From contig AP024667.1 in the NCBI GenBank assembly GCA_024346625.1, forward strand, positions 434,001-498,000: DNA of 64,000 nucleotides, in the 5' to 3' direction. The notes under the pieces were generated by a model that saw only the letters and a list, made by a program, of their open reading frames with translations, made no database searches and was not told where the DNA came from. The number at the start of each line of letters is the position of its first letter. Position 1 is the stretch's first letter. The position numbers were made by a program, and so were the translations under genes. Positions 1 to 10,794 of the stretch are shown piece by piece. Origin of the DNA: Williopsis jadinii. Taxonomy: Eukaryota.

Positions 1-793
1 CCTGGGAAGTTCTGGTCGGCTCTACAGATACCTGGTCCGAAAACTGGATTCTTCTATGGCCCTTTCTATTCTTCTTCTTCTTCCTAGGGGTCTCTCCAGT
101 CATCAACATCTCCGTAAAGGAGTCCAAGTCGAATTTGTCCTTCGCCTTGCCATTCGCCGGCACATCCTCCTCCTGGTCATCGGCATCTTGCACTCGCTTA
201 GCACTCAGAATGGACCGTGGTTTAGGGATTGGAGCTGGATCCTTTATAAGCGCTCTCTTCGGCTTCTGTCCGAGAATGGAGTGCGATATCAACCGTAGCA
301 GCGCAAAGAACTCACCAACGTTCAGAGACGTCACGCTGGTGAATATGCGACTCAGAGCAGCTCTCACCGGTTCTGGGATCGAGAAGTTACGCATGAACGC
401 AAACACATCCTCCAGTCGTATCAGGTTGGTGCCACGTCTCACAACAATGTCGTTATACCATCTGAGATATGTCTTTGCCTCTTCTGCTGATAGTTCGTCT
501 GCTCTCAGCGTCAACGGCACACTGAGGTCCTCTGGCGTGTCCGAGCCCCCAGCCAGCGCAGTGGATGACCCATTGTTCACAGTTCTGCTCAGATCCACGG
601 TGCTGTTGGCTGTGGAGTTGTTTAGGGAGCCCAAGTGCGATACCGTTGGTAGGGGTAGTGAGGCCGAACTGCTATTTGGCGTAAGGCCAAAGGACACCGG
701 AGGAGGGGCCGGGGAGGGGGTCAGCCCCGACGCCCTTTCCGACGACGAGCTCTCAGCAGCTACACCATTGAGCCAATCAAAACCTGCTGACAT
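1..793 (-). CDS. SCD5: Scd5, PP1(Glc7)-targeting endocytosis/actin protein; 5' part only, runs off the window start
   Basis: Not in the ORF track. Manual translation from ATG 793 gives MSAGFDWLNG...PEDLSVPLTL...EEAKTYLRWYNDI...LNVGEFFALLRLISH...PIPKPRSIL...FDLDSFTEMLMTG...RRIQFSD (RVxF-like PP1 motif), matching the Scd5 N-terminus. MIP1 and VMA4, its S. cerevisiae neighbours, are nearby. Confidence 0.9.
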   Translation of the reverse strand, partial: MSAGFDWLNGVAAESSSSERASGLTPSPAPPPVSFGLTPNSSSASLPLPTVSHLGSLNNSTANSTVDLSRTVNNGSSTALAGGSDTPEDLSVPLTLRADELSAEEAKTYLRWYNDIVVRRGTNLIRLEDVFAFMRNFSIPEPVRAALSRIFTSVTSLNVGEFFALLRLISHSILGQKPKRALIKDPAPIPKPRSILSAKRVQDADDQEEDVPANGKAKDKFDLDSFTEMLMTGETPRKKKKNRKGHRRIQFSDQVSVEPTRTSQ

Positions 794-1044
794 AGCTCTT
801 CTTTCTGCGCTCTGTCTCGTTACAACACCGACAAGCTTCCCCTTCAAAGAAAGCGTTCGATTTTGGGTGAACAGGACTTGAAGGGTATGTTTTCGCAATT
901 TTTCGGATTTTCCGCTTTCGCGGCGGTTTTCGCAACGCCAAAAATGTCGTTAGCCTTTTTCCCGCAAAACTCCGTCAAAAGGTCCATTTGCTCTACAATG
1001 CGAGAGTGTTTTGGCTTGGTTAATTGAGAGCGATTGGGGTTGTT

Positions 1045-1647
1045 ATGAGTGCCTTAGGATTTGGTGGCGAGTCGTCCTCGGACGAGCAAGAGGAGACTGT
1101 TGAGCAGTGGCGCAGGAGTGTTCAAAAGCGCTCGAAGAAGCAGCAGCAGCAGCAGCAGCCGAGCGTTGTTGATGAGTCGATCTATCAATACGATGAGCAC
1201 TATGATCGGTTGCAAGACGAGCGGAAGCGGTTGAAGAGGCCCAAAGTTGAAGGCCCGAGGTTCATGAAGAACCTGCTGATTGCGAAAGAACAGAGGAAAC
1301 AGGATAAAGACCGGGTGGAGGACGTTAGAGCTGCTAGGGAGCGAGAACTGGAGGGAGATGAGTACAAGGACAAGGAAGTGTTTGTGACGGATGGGTATAA
1401 ACAGCACAAGACGTTGCGACAGGGAGAGGGGCCGAAGGCTGTGAGGGTGTCGTTCTCCACAGGGAAGCCGTCTGCACAGGCCCAGGAGGCTGATAAGACT
1501 GCTGATAAGACTGCTGATAAGACCGCTGAGAAGACCGCTGAGCCTGCTGTTAAGCCTGTCATTTTGAAGTCTAGGCTACTACCTCCGTTGGATGAAACGG
1601 TGGTCCTAGAGTACCGCCAGAGATACTTGCAAAGATGTGTGAAGTGA
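1045..1647 (+). CDS. NSRP1/CCDC55-like (DUF2040) coiled-coil nuclear speckle splicing protein
   Basis: First ATG at 1045. The segments IYQYDEHYD, PRFMKNLL..KEQRK and RERELEGDEYKDKEVFVTDGYK and the C-terminal YRQRYLQR are typical of the family. Confidence 0.75.
   Translation: MSALGFGGESSSDEQEETVEQWRRSVQKRSKKQQQQQQPSVVDESIYQYDEHYDRLQDERKRLKRPKVEGPRFMKNLLIAKEQRKQDKDRVEDVRAARERELEGDEYKDKEVFVTDGYKQHKTLRQGEGPKAVRVSFSTGKPSAQAQEADKTADKTADKTAEKTAEPAVKPVILKSRLLPPLDETVVLEYRQRYLQRCVK
1489..1542 (+). repeat. 12-bp coding tandem repeat, (ADKT)3 then AEKT-AE; there is also a (CAG)6 tract at 1141-1158
   Basis: gctgataagact x2, gctgataagacc, gctgagaagacc, gctgag read directly from the sequence. Confidence 0.9.
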
Positions 1648-1735
1648 ACTCACCAACCGCACACTGCTCTCATGAATACTCTAATGAATGAATAATGACT
1701 ATATATTATAAAGCGATATCAAAACTAGACAATGT

Positions 1736-2053
1736 TCACTTCTTTGGTGCTTTAGTGCTCAACTGCAATCCATGCCATTGCGAGATTTCCTTCGACAAGA
1801 TTGAGTTCACCAGCTTGTGCTGTTTAACCATCGAAATCCCCTTGAACTTGTCACTGGTGACGTTGATGGCAAACATAGAGCCACAGCCACCGCTGATGTC
1901 CGCAACCTCCAGCTCTGAAGGTTGCAACTCCTTGGACAGTTTGTTGTAAACCTGACGTTCAGCATCGGACATGATCTGCGAATAGAATCTTGGAGAGAAC
2001 CTCAGTGCAAGGGCTTTCTGTCTCATGTGCTGGACACTGAAGTTACGAAGCAT
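1736..2053 (-). CDS. BOL3: Mitochondrial BolA protein (Bol3/Aim1)
   Basis: Basic presequence-like N-terminus, DISGGCGSMF, FKG.SMVKQHKLVN.IL and HGLQL.T. Confidence 0.88.
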   Translation of the reverse strand: MLRNFSVQHMRQKALALRFSPRFYSQIMSDAERQVYNKLSKELQPSELEVADISGGCGSMFAINVTSDKFKGISMVKQHKLVNSILSKEISQWHGLQLSTKAPKK

Positions 2054-2938
2054 CGTGTATGGTAGTATGCTCCCACTGCGGCAAAACGGTTGAAGGCAGG
2101 AGATGAGGAAGTGGAAGGTATCACAAGTATTGACTCTTGACTCTTCTGACTCGTCCTCGAGGACGGCTCCGCAATGCGCATAGATGAATAAGCAAGAGAG
2201 GGCCTGCTGGAATGGCCCAAAGGGGAAGATTACCTAAAGTAGAAGCTCTTCTGTACCAAGCTGAGACCGTATCTGGGGGAACTGGGCTCTTTGGCTATGG
2301 TGTGCTTCTCCTATTTGATTAAAGAGTAATGTCACAGTTCGAGCCGTTTTATAGTGCTATCAGTGGTGGTTTAAGCACCAGGGAGTTGTAAATCAGGAGA
2401 TGACACTACAGCGTAGATTTCGAATATCAAGGTGATGGGCTAATCCCAGCACTCGTAGAGTCAAGCGTGTGCTCATTGGAACCATAGAGACAATGTTAGT
2501 TGACTAATAAACATGTCACTTATCTATGGGCTCTGGTGGTGTATCTTTAGCAGAGCTGTCCAGGAAGCAAATGTTGTAATCCATGTATTGTCGTACCTGG
2601 CACAGACCACATGTTACCATTCCCTTTCTGCAACACAGTAGAGACGTGATGGTAGTATGGAGGTCGTGAATGCAGTGTGTGCATAGACAACAGACAGGTG
2701 TGTGTATTCCACCACCATATAGAGGATATTGCATTGAGTGAAGATAAACACATATTACACAAGATGAACCACACGAGAGAGACCAGGACAGACCGAGAGA
2801 CAAAACTAGAGGGATTAAAGAAGTCTGGTATAGTTACATAGAAGAAATGGACAAGCTAGTCTAGTTAAAAAACCACAGAATAAAGGATTAGAAACAGAGA
2901 CAAACACACACACATACTGAGATGTATGTAGTAGCTCA

Positions 2939-3613
<675 letters not shown>

Positions 3614-4250
3614 TCAAAATCTATGGTTGTGGCTTCAAAATGGCAACAGAGATGCTAAACAAAGAATCGAAAGTAGAACCAATCAGCACAGACAGACACA
3701 CGGACAGGAGCAACGTGTCGATCGAGTTCAAGGCAGAGTCTCAACAAGGGACCGTGATTGGTAATATATGCAAAAAAGGAGAGGCGATGATATAAATCAG
3801 TGTGCGATGTCCCAGCAGTGGTACTTAATTGAACAACGTCCACACAGATGGAGGTAAAAAACCGTGAAACTCCACAACGAGGAAGACCGAGCTAAGATAA
3901 GCAACGCTTAAGAACGATGTTTAGAAGCAAACACACAACCTTTCGAACTGGAAAAGTGAAAAGATTTGAAGAACCGTCTGAGGAGTCAAAAGGGAGAGAG
4001 GAATGAAAAAAAAACAGGCGCTATACAAAGAGCAGAAAATTTTTTGCGACAAAGTTTGATCCTTTTTTTTCGGTTTTCCTTGACAGCGCCAGACGAAGAC
4101 GAAAACGAAAAATTTACATCCGCTGAGTCAAAAGGCGTGCAAAGACGGGCAGTTGTCGTTATCGTTTTTCGTTTCGTTTTCGTTTTCCGCAATTGTTCTT
4201 TTCTTCGCTTAACGGTCTCCCATAACCGCGCGCTAATTTTTTAAGCTTTG

Positions 4251-4279
4251 TGTTTGTTTGTTTGTTTGTTTGTTTGTTT
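4251..4279. repeat. (TGTT)n microsatellite, about 7 copies
   Basis: tgtttgtttgtttg... in the divergent promoter between URA5 and the transporter gene. Confidence 0.9.
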
Positions 4280-4517
4280 TCGCCATAGTTCAGCAGTGAC
4301 GTAATCTGCGTTCTCGTTGTTTACTTTCACACCCTCCGTTCTTACTAAGTGCTTACGTAATCACTGGACCGTCCCCGTATTTTCGCGCGCCCCAGTGTTA
4401 CCGCGAATGCGTAGTGCAAATGCGCGTGTTTCAGCTTTTTAGCTGTGCGCTGTTTACACCATGTTCACTTCCTGCTGCTGTTTACCATGGACTTGAACCA
4501 AACAAGCGGAGGTTACG

Positions 4518-6197
4518 ATGGTTGACGAGTCGAGCAGCGTGGAGCTACTCCCGATCCACAATAGGAAGTCCCACTCGACTTCACGCCACAGCTCGAGGAA
4601 CCCAACACCGGGAAACACACCGTCGATACCCGCACTAGTACCAGACATTGATATCGTCAGCTCCATTGATGACCTGTCCACTGGCGGTGAAAAGCAGCAG
4701 AGCTCAACGTTGCCCGTATTGGACAGACCGCAGTTTGCCCTTCTAGTGCTGCTGTATCTGCTACAAGGCATTCCTGTGGGGCTGGGGTTCGGATCTATCC
4801 CATTCTTGTTGAAGTCCAAGCTGACATATTCACAAGTTGCGCTGTTCTCTTTGGCCTCGTACCCGTACTCCTTGAAATTGCTGTGGTCTCCTGTTGTGGA
4901 TGCCCTCTACCATCCACGTGTGGGCAGAAGAAAGTCGTGGATCATTCCAATTCAGTTGATATCCGGCTCAACACTGATATTTCTGGGGTCGAGCATGGAT
5001 CAGCTCCTGGAATCGCCAGAGGAAAACTTGACTGAAATCACCTGGACTTTCTTCTTCCTGGTGTTTCTCTGTGCGACACAGGACATAGCCGTTGATGGCT
5101 GGGCTCTTACGATCTTGTCACCAGAGGCGTTGAGCTATGCATCAACGGCACAAACCATTGGACTGAACACTGGTTATTTCCTCTCATTTACGGTGTTTTT
5201 GGCCTTGAACTCGCCTGAATTCTCCAACAAGTACCTCAGAACAGAACCCCTGGACTATGGTGCACTGTCCTTGAACCAGTATCTCACATTTTGGGGAGTT
5301 GTGTACATCGTTGTCACATTCTTTGTCGCAGTATTCGTCCAAGAAGAGCCTCGTCATTTAAAGAAAGTTAGAAGAGACGATACAATGACCGCAGCCAACA
5401 CAAGCCCTTGGAATTCCCTAAAGAGTGTTTACAAGTCGATGTTTCAAGTGTTGAAGTTACCAACAATCCAATCGTTCATTGTTGTCCATCTTGTTTGTAA
5501 GATTGCGTTCCAAGCAAACGAAGGCGCAACAAATTTGAAACTGCTGGAGAAGGGTTTTGGCAGAGAGGATCTGGCAATAACTGTGCTTATTGACTTCCCC
5601 TTTGAAATCGTCTTTGGTTATTACGTGGCCAAATGGTCAAGTGGTAAAGACCCATTGGGACCGTGGTTATACGCGTATTTGGGCAGGGTATTGGCTGCAG
5701 CCATCGCACAAGGTGTTGTTTGGTTGTTCCCAAGTTCCGGTAAGATCAATGCTTTTTACTTCTTGCTGGTGATCTTACAGAACCTCTTTGGCTCATTCAT
5801 GTCGACGATTCAATTCGTGTCGGTTAATGCTTTCCACACGAAGATTGCAGATCCGATGATTGGAGGTACTTATATGACCACTTTAAACACAATTTCAAAC
5901 CTAGGTGGACAATGGCCAAGGTTCATCGTTTTGAACATGATTGACTGGTTCACAAGGGCATACTGTGCCCCTTCGTCATCGTCATCAAACCTCGCACAGT
6001 TTGAAGTTACCAACGAACAAGAGAAGGAATCGTGTAAAGAACAAGGGGGTCTCTACACGATTGTCCAAGATGGATACTACATCAGTAATATACTCTGCAT
6101 GGTGATTGGTCTGGTGCTGTTTTTCGGTTGGATTAGACAAAAGGTTAGATATTTGCAGAGCTTACCAACTTCATCATGGAGAGTGAAAGAGTTATAA
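4518..6197 (+). CDS. Acetyl-CoA transporter family MFS protein (SLC33A1/ACATN1; YBR220C-like)
   Basis: LLYLLQGIPVGL, YPYSLKLLWSPVVD, GRRKSWIIP, ATQDIAVDGWAL and DPMIGGTYMTTLNT, with multiple TM segments. Confidence 0.93.
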   Translation: MVDESSSVELLPIHNRKSHSTSRHSSRNPTPGNTPSIPALVPDIDIVSSIDDLSTGGEKQQSSTLPVLDRPQFALLVLLYLLQGIPVGLGFGSIPFLLKSKLTYSQVALFSLASYPYSLKLLWSPVVDALYHPRVGRRKSWIIPIQLISGSTLIFLGSSMDQLLESPEENLTEITWTFFFLVFLCATQDIAVDGWALTILSPEALSYASTAQTIGLNTGYFLSFTVFLALNSPEFSNKYLRTEPLDYGALSLNQYLTFWGVVYIVVTFFVAVFVQEEPRHLKKVRRDDTMTAANTSPWNSLKSVYKSMFQVLKLPTIQSFIVVHLVCKIAFQANEGATNLKLLEKGFGREDLAITVLIDFPFEIVFGYYVAKWSSGKDPLGPWLYAYLGRVLAAAIAQGVVWLFPSSGKINAFYFLLVILQNLFGSFMSTIQFVSVNAFHTKIADPMIGGTYMTTLNTISNLGGQWPRFIVLNMIDWFTRAYCAPSSSSSNLAQFEVTNEQEKESCKEQGGLYTIVQDGYYISNILCMVIGLVLFFGWIRQKVRYLQSLPTSSWRVKEL

Positions 6198-6242
6198 TAG
6201 ATACCCCTTCTATATATACAGAGAGTGAAGAGAACACCATCT

Positions 6243-7073
6243 TTATGCCGTTAGTACCTTCCGAGTGGTGTCGTGTATGAAACGTGGCCCAATGTATATC
6301 AACAAGCCGATGTATGCTGCTATCAGCCCGGTGATCTTTTCTGAGAAGTAGTGGTAGTATGTACTAGTCATCAGTAGCATGAACCACCACAGCCACAACA
6401 AGCCCAACAGCAGCATCGTCGAATGACTCAGTGCCCTGAGACAAGACGTGATATGACCATATGGCGCCACTGAGCGCCTCTGAACGGCGTCTCTAAACTT
6501 GGTGAGGTCCGCCAACAGTGTGCCTCTCTCAAGAAGCTCAAACCACATGATGAGTGAGCTCAACACCAACAGGAAAACGTGTCCACTTGGATCGTGGCCC
6601 CCTATCCAGGTGCCCTTCATCTTCCGGCACATCAGACTGCCAATGACAACATCCTGCTCGATGTCCATCTCGAAGCGCTCATAACTGCACCCGCCGCCCG
6701 TCATCAAGAAGATTCTGTCCATGAGTGGCAAGCCAAAGAACCACTGTGTAAACACAACCCACCACGCTGTGCCACCGAGAATACGCAGCAGAGTGGTCCT
6801 TGTAAGCCCATAGTGCTGGATCAGAAAGTAGAGCAGCACAAAGATCGTCCATGCCCATCCCTGCTTGACAAAGACAACGTTGATGAGGTTGCGCTTATTC
6901 GAGAAGTAACTATCAACATGGCCCGTCGCATGGTGTAACAGCTCGCCTAGCAGCACGGTGAGTGGATACACCGCAATGACAACGAGCTCGGGGATCGTAA
7001 CACGTAGCGATCTCGCCGCAGTGGTCACATAGCACTCGGCAAACTTCATATGTCGTCCATAAACGTGCTCCAT
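6243..7073 (-). CDS. SCS3: FIT-family acyl-CoA diphosphatase
   Basis: [38 protein letters not shown] and [11 protein letters not shown]. Divergent from SOH1, as in S. cerevisiae. First ATG is 7073 (the track starts at a TTG). Confidence 0.88.
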   Translation of the reverse strand: MEHVYGRHMKFAECYVTTAARSLRVTIPELVVIAVYPLTVLLGELLHHATGHVDSYFSNKRNLINVVFVKQGWAWTIFVLLYFLIQHYGLTRTTLLRILGGTAWWVVFTQWFFGLPLMDRIFLMTGGGCSYERFEMDIEQDVVIGSLMCRKMKGTWIGGHDPSGHVFLLVLSSLIMWFELLERGTLLADLTKFRDAVQRRSVAPYGHITSCLRALSHSTMLLLGLLWLWWFMLLMTSTYYHYFSEKITGLIAAYIGLLIYIGPRFIHDTTRKVLTA

Positions 7074-7254
7074 CTCTGGTTCTCCGTCGTCGCTCGCCAA
7101 TGTATCCGAAGGCTGTGTGTGTAGTGGATTATGTCTGGGGTTCGCGATGATCTTCCTTGTTGATGTGGGTTTTTACACGATATTCCTCCGAGAGAACAAC
7201 TTCACTCTCAAGACATATAACACCACCGCTTTAACTGGAACACAAGAGTACACG

Positions 7255-7785
7255 ATGGAGGAACCACAGCCAGCTCCGACACGCTGGGAGGTTGAACTGG
7301 AGTTTGTTCAGGCGTTGGCGAATCTGCAGTACTTGAACTTTCTGGCGCAGAACAAATACCTCGAGAAGGAGGAGTTCTTGAACTATTTGAAGTACTTGGA
7401 ATACTGGCGGGAACCACAGTACGCAAAGCACTTGGTCTATCCCAACTGTCTACATGTTCTTACGCTCTTGCAGAGCGCACACTTCAGGGAGCAGATCCTT
7501 AGACAGGACACTGCTGCGGTGTTGATGAACGACATGGTGAATAGATGGAAGGAGCCTCAGACGATGTTTGCAGCGACGCCGATAAGCGAGAAGAAGACGG
7601 GCGATATTGCCAGCGTACCCGAAACAAAGGCTGACGAGGAAGCTGGTGATGAGGCAGGCGTGCAGCACAATGGAACAGCAGAGACAGCTGTTCCGTCTAT
7701 TGTTGTTAATGGTAATGACTCCAGTGATTCCACGTCGAATGACGTATCAACGGCGGAACCACAGAGCACAGAAGCTATGCAATGA
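7255..7785 (+). CDS. SOH1: Mediator subunit Med31
   Basis: [25 protein letters not shown] and [23 protein letters not shown], followed by a low-complexity acidic tail. Confidence 0.95.
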   Translation: MEEPQPAPTRWEVELEFVQALANLQYLNFLAQNKYLEKEEFLNYLKYLEYWREPQYAKHLVYPNCLHVLTLLQSAHFREQILRQDTAAVLMNDMVNRWKEPQTMFAATPISEKKTGDIASVPETKADEEAGDEAGVQHNGTAETAVPSIVVNGNDSSDSTSNDVSTAEPQSTEAMQ

Positions 7786-7847
7786 AAATCGTTGTTACGA
7801 TGAATATGATGATTATTAATACAATAGTGTAGTGTCTTGAAGGGTGC

Positions 7848-8759
7848 CTATATCCCAAATCTGGTCTTTAATTGCTCCTTGACCTCTGCGTTTTCGAAAT
7901 CAACATTGTGCAAGTTTCCCAGGAGTCTCTCCATCTTGGACTTGTTATCTGCCAACCCAAGAATGCGTAATAGCTTCGTGGCCTCTACGCTGAGGTACTT
8001 GTCACGCTCGTTGTTATCTGTGTCAAGTCCCAGTATGCCTCCTTCTTCGACTGGCTTGGAGAATACGGACTGTAGCGCCTCCACTGAGTGGAATAACTCC
8101 GTCGTTTGTGAAACCAAATAGTAGAAGGTTTGATCCAATGGAGCCAATGATTCCAATAGTTTCACCGTCTCAGCGGGTAGCGTACTGCCTTCTGGTCTCT
8201 CAGAGAGGAAAGATACAGAATTCTTGTAAAGCGTAAGTAGTTTGACGATCTTCTTTGCCCTCTTCATCTGTATCAAGAGTTGTTTCTTGACAAACAACTG
8301 CACAGTTATCTCCTTATAGAGCGCGTTGATCTTCAAGTCCAGCTCCACACTCTTGACATCGGCCTTCTTGTTCAAGTCAACACCTTCGTAATGCTTCAAC
8401 CGTATCCATCCCTCATCGCTGAGATCATTCGGTATCGTCAATATGTTTCGCAACGCGTACAACTCAAACTTGTCAAAGTTCTTATCAACGCTGTTCTCCA
8501 ACAAAGTCTCCAACTTCGCAGTGCCCACCTCCACTTCATTCTCCTCTGGTTTGACAGTGCTTGAATTCGCCACCACAGTGTCCGGGTCCTTGTCCATGGT
8601 GCCGTGCTTTTGCTTCTGTATGAGATATGTCTCTACTGCTTGTGTACATTTGTACATCACACCGTTGACCGCGTTGATAATGTCATCAATCACCGCAATT
8701 GGCGGATAGCCCAAGTGTTCGGTGAGAATCTCTGTAGCACACGTTCCTGGAGCAGACAT
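7848..8759 (-). CDS. MTW1: Kinetochore MIND/Mis12 complex subunit
   Basis: EILTEHLGYPPIAVIDDIINAVN and GTAKLETLLENSVDKNFDKFELYALRNIL. Confidence 0.95.
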   Translation of the reverse strand: MSAPGTCATEILTEHLGYPPIAVIDDIINAVNGVMYKCTQAVETYLIQKQKHGTMDKDPDTVVANSSTVKPEENEVEVGTAKLETLLENSVDKNFDKFELYALRNILTIPNDLSDEGWIRLKHYEGVDLNKKADVKSVELDLKINALYKEITVQLFVKKQLLIQMKRAKKIVKLLTLYKNSVSFLSERPEGSTLPAETVKLLESLAPLDQTFYYLVSQTTELFHSVEALQSVFSKPVEEGGILGLDTDNNERDKYLSVEATKLLRILGLADNKSKMERLLGNLHNVDFENAEVKEQLKTRFGI

Positions 8760-9139
8760 AGCTTCATCAATATGACAACGACAATCCCTGGTTCTCTGTG
8801 CCTGAGACCTTTCAAGAGGCCTCGCGTGGAGGCTCTTTGTTTACTTTTCGCAAGGTGCACATAGCAAAAGGACGGAAGAGACAAGGGCACGCAGTGTGGT
8901 GTGCGGGTGGTGCTTACGTAAGAAAGAGTAAAATTTGAAAAAACCAGCCATCGCCATGACAACCAGTTACTTTTAGATCCGACCCAGGGTACCTCGGATT
9001 GAGCCTCGGATTGAGCCTCGGATCTCGCCGTGCCCTTGCGATGTGTATACGTCTCTCACTTCAAACAACACTTGTTTACATTGGATTGCTATATCAGATC
9101 AGCCAGAGGCAGAAAGGGATCCACGAGCTAAGCTGTCCA

Positions 9140-10687
9140 ATGATGCTTCGTCAGTCAACTCTGAAGAGATCTTTCTCTACAACTCCACAGCTGTACAACA
9201 AGAAGTTCAGGCCCTTAGCTGAGTACCCACTGATGTGTGGGCTGGAGATCCATTCGCAGTTGAAAACGCCTCACAAGCTCTTCTCGTTGTCAGAGACGTC
9301 TTTCCACGAGGATCCTAATACAAAGATATCGTACTTTGATGCTGCCCTGCCGGGAACACAGCCTAAATTGAACCCTGAAGCGCTGCTGTTAGCGTTGAGG
9401 GCTGCAGTGGCCCTCGGTTCCAGTGTCAATTTGGATTCAACATTTGACAGAAAGCACTACTTCTATGGTGATCAGCCGATGGGGTATCAGATCACACAGC
9501 ATTACAATCCCTATGCCAAAGGTGGCTCTGTGAAGCTCTGGAAAAGAGATGGCATCTCAGAAGATGAAAAGACAATCCGCATTGAGCAGATTCAGTTGGA
9601 ACAGGATACGGGGAAATCTGTTTACGTTGAGACTGAAGGTGAATCCTACTCAAAGATCGACTTGAATAGAACCAACGTTCCCCTGATTGAAATGGTCACG
9701 AAGCCAGACTTCACACACCCAGACGAGGTAAAAGTGTTTATAAAGAAGTTTCAGAATCTTCTAAGATATATGGATATCTGTTCTGGTGACTTAGAGACTG
9801 GTGCGATGAGGGTTGACGTTAACGTCTCAATCAGAGGTGGTGAGCGTGTGGAGCTGAAAAACTTGTCAACGACAAGTGCAGTGATCAGTGCTATCAAGTA
9901 TGAATACAAGAGACAGATTGGGTTGGTTGAAAAGGGGGAAGCCGTTGTACAGGAAACCAGGGGCTGGGATGGTAAGAAGACAGTGAGATTGAGAACGAAG
10001 GAGGATGCATTGGACTACAGATACATGCCAGACCCTGAGCTCCCTCCAATGCTGTTGAGTGATGAAATTGTAGGCCAGATCAAGGCCGAGATGCCTCAGA
10101 CCCCTGATCAAGTCCTGGAGTCTCTTCTAAGCACGCCTTACAATCTATCGCTGAAAGACGCCACGATATTAACCTACAATTTAGACCTGCTGATGTATTA
10201 CAGAATGCTTTTTGATGTCTCTGTGAATGCGCACGGGATTGACCCAAGAACACCGGGGAACTGGCTGATCCATGAGCTTTTAGGAACATTCTCCAGAAAC
10301 GATCTTCCATTTGACCCTGGATATATCCCCTTGGTCTCGCTCATCAACCTCATGAAGGCTGTTCAGGATGACTTCATCTCAAACTACAGTGCCAAATTAC
10401 TCTTACAGCATTTGTTCAACAACAAGGAAGAGACCATGAGGGATTTGAGAGAAGTGATCGAGGACTATGGGTTGAAGAAGCTCACAGATGCCGAGGTCTC
10501 CCACGAAGAGCTCACGGCAGTGTGTAACAAAATCATTGATGAACAACAAAAGACTGTCAAGAGCATCAAGAAGGGGAAAGTCAACGGTCTGAACTTCCTT
10601 GTGGGACAAGCAATGAGAGCAACACAGGGAACAATTGACGCCAATGTCTTTGAAACCGAGTTTAAGCAACTACTGGATGTTGAGTAA
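9140..10687 (+). CDS. PET112: Mitochondrial Glu-tRNA(Gln) amidotransferase subunit B
   Basis: GLEIHSQL, FDRKHYFYGDQP.GYQITQ, IQLEQDTGKS, IDLNR..VPLIE and DYRYMPDPELP. Presequence MMLRQSTLKRSFST starts at ATG 9140. Confidence 0.96.
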   Translation: MMLRQSTLKRSFSTTPQLYNKKFRPLAEYPLMCGLEIHSQLKTPHKLFSLSETSFHEDPNTKISYFDAALPGTQPKLNPEALLLALRAAVALGSSVNLDSTFDRKHYFYGDQPMGYQITQHYNPYAKGGSVKLWKRDGISEDEKTIRIEQIQLEQDTGKSVYVETEGESYSKIDLNRTNVPLIEMVTKPDFTHPDEVKVFIKKFQNLLRYMDICSGDLETGAMRVDVNVSIRGGERVELKNLSTTSAVISAIKYEYKRQIGLVEKGEAVVQETRGWDGKKTVRLRTKEDALDYRYMPDPELPPMLLSDEIVGQIKAEMPQTPDQVLESLLSTPYNLSLKDATILTYNLDLLMYYRMLFDVSVNAHGIDPRTPGNWLIHELLGTFSRNDLPFDPGYIPLVSLINLMKAVQDDFISNYSAKLLLQHLFNNKEETMRDLREVIEDYGLKKLTDAEVSHEELTAVCNKIIDEQQKTVKSIKKGKVNGLNFLVGQAMRATQGTIDANVFETEFKQLLDVE

Positions 10688-10794
10688 ACAATAATGTACA
10701 TAGTTTAGCAGACAAAATCTATATATTTTCACTCATTTTTCTTCTTGTTCTCTTTAACCTCTGTTCATTGTATGCAATGGCTTCCTTTGCTTGA

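Noticed and set aside
135..881. 248-aa plus-strand ORF
   Set aside because: It is the antisense shadow of SCD5, has no ATG start and no recognisable motif.
8992..9023. 12-bp repeat CCTCGGATTGAG (~2.7 copies) and an upstream in-frame extension of PET112
   Set aside because: It is a short slippage repeat. The extension starts at TTG, and PET112 already has a good presequence at ATG 9140.
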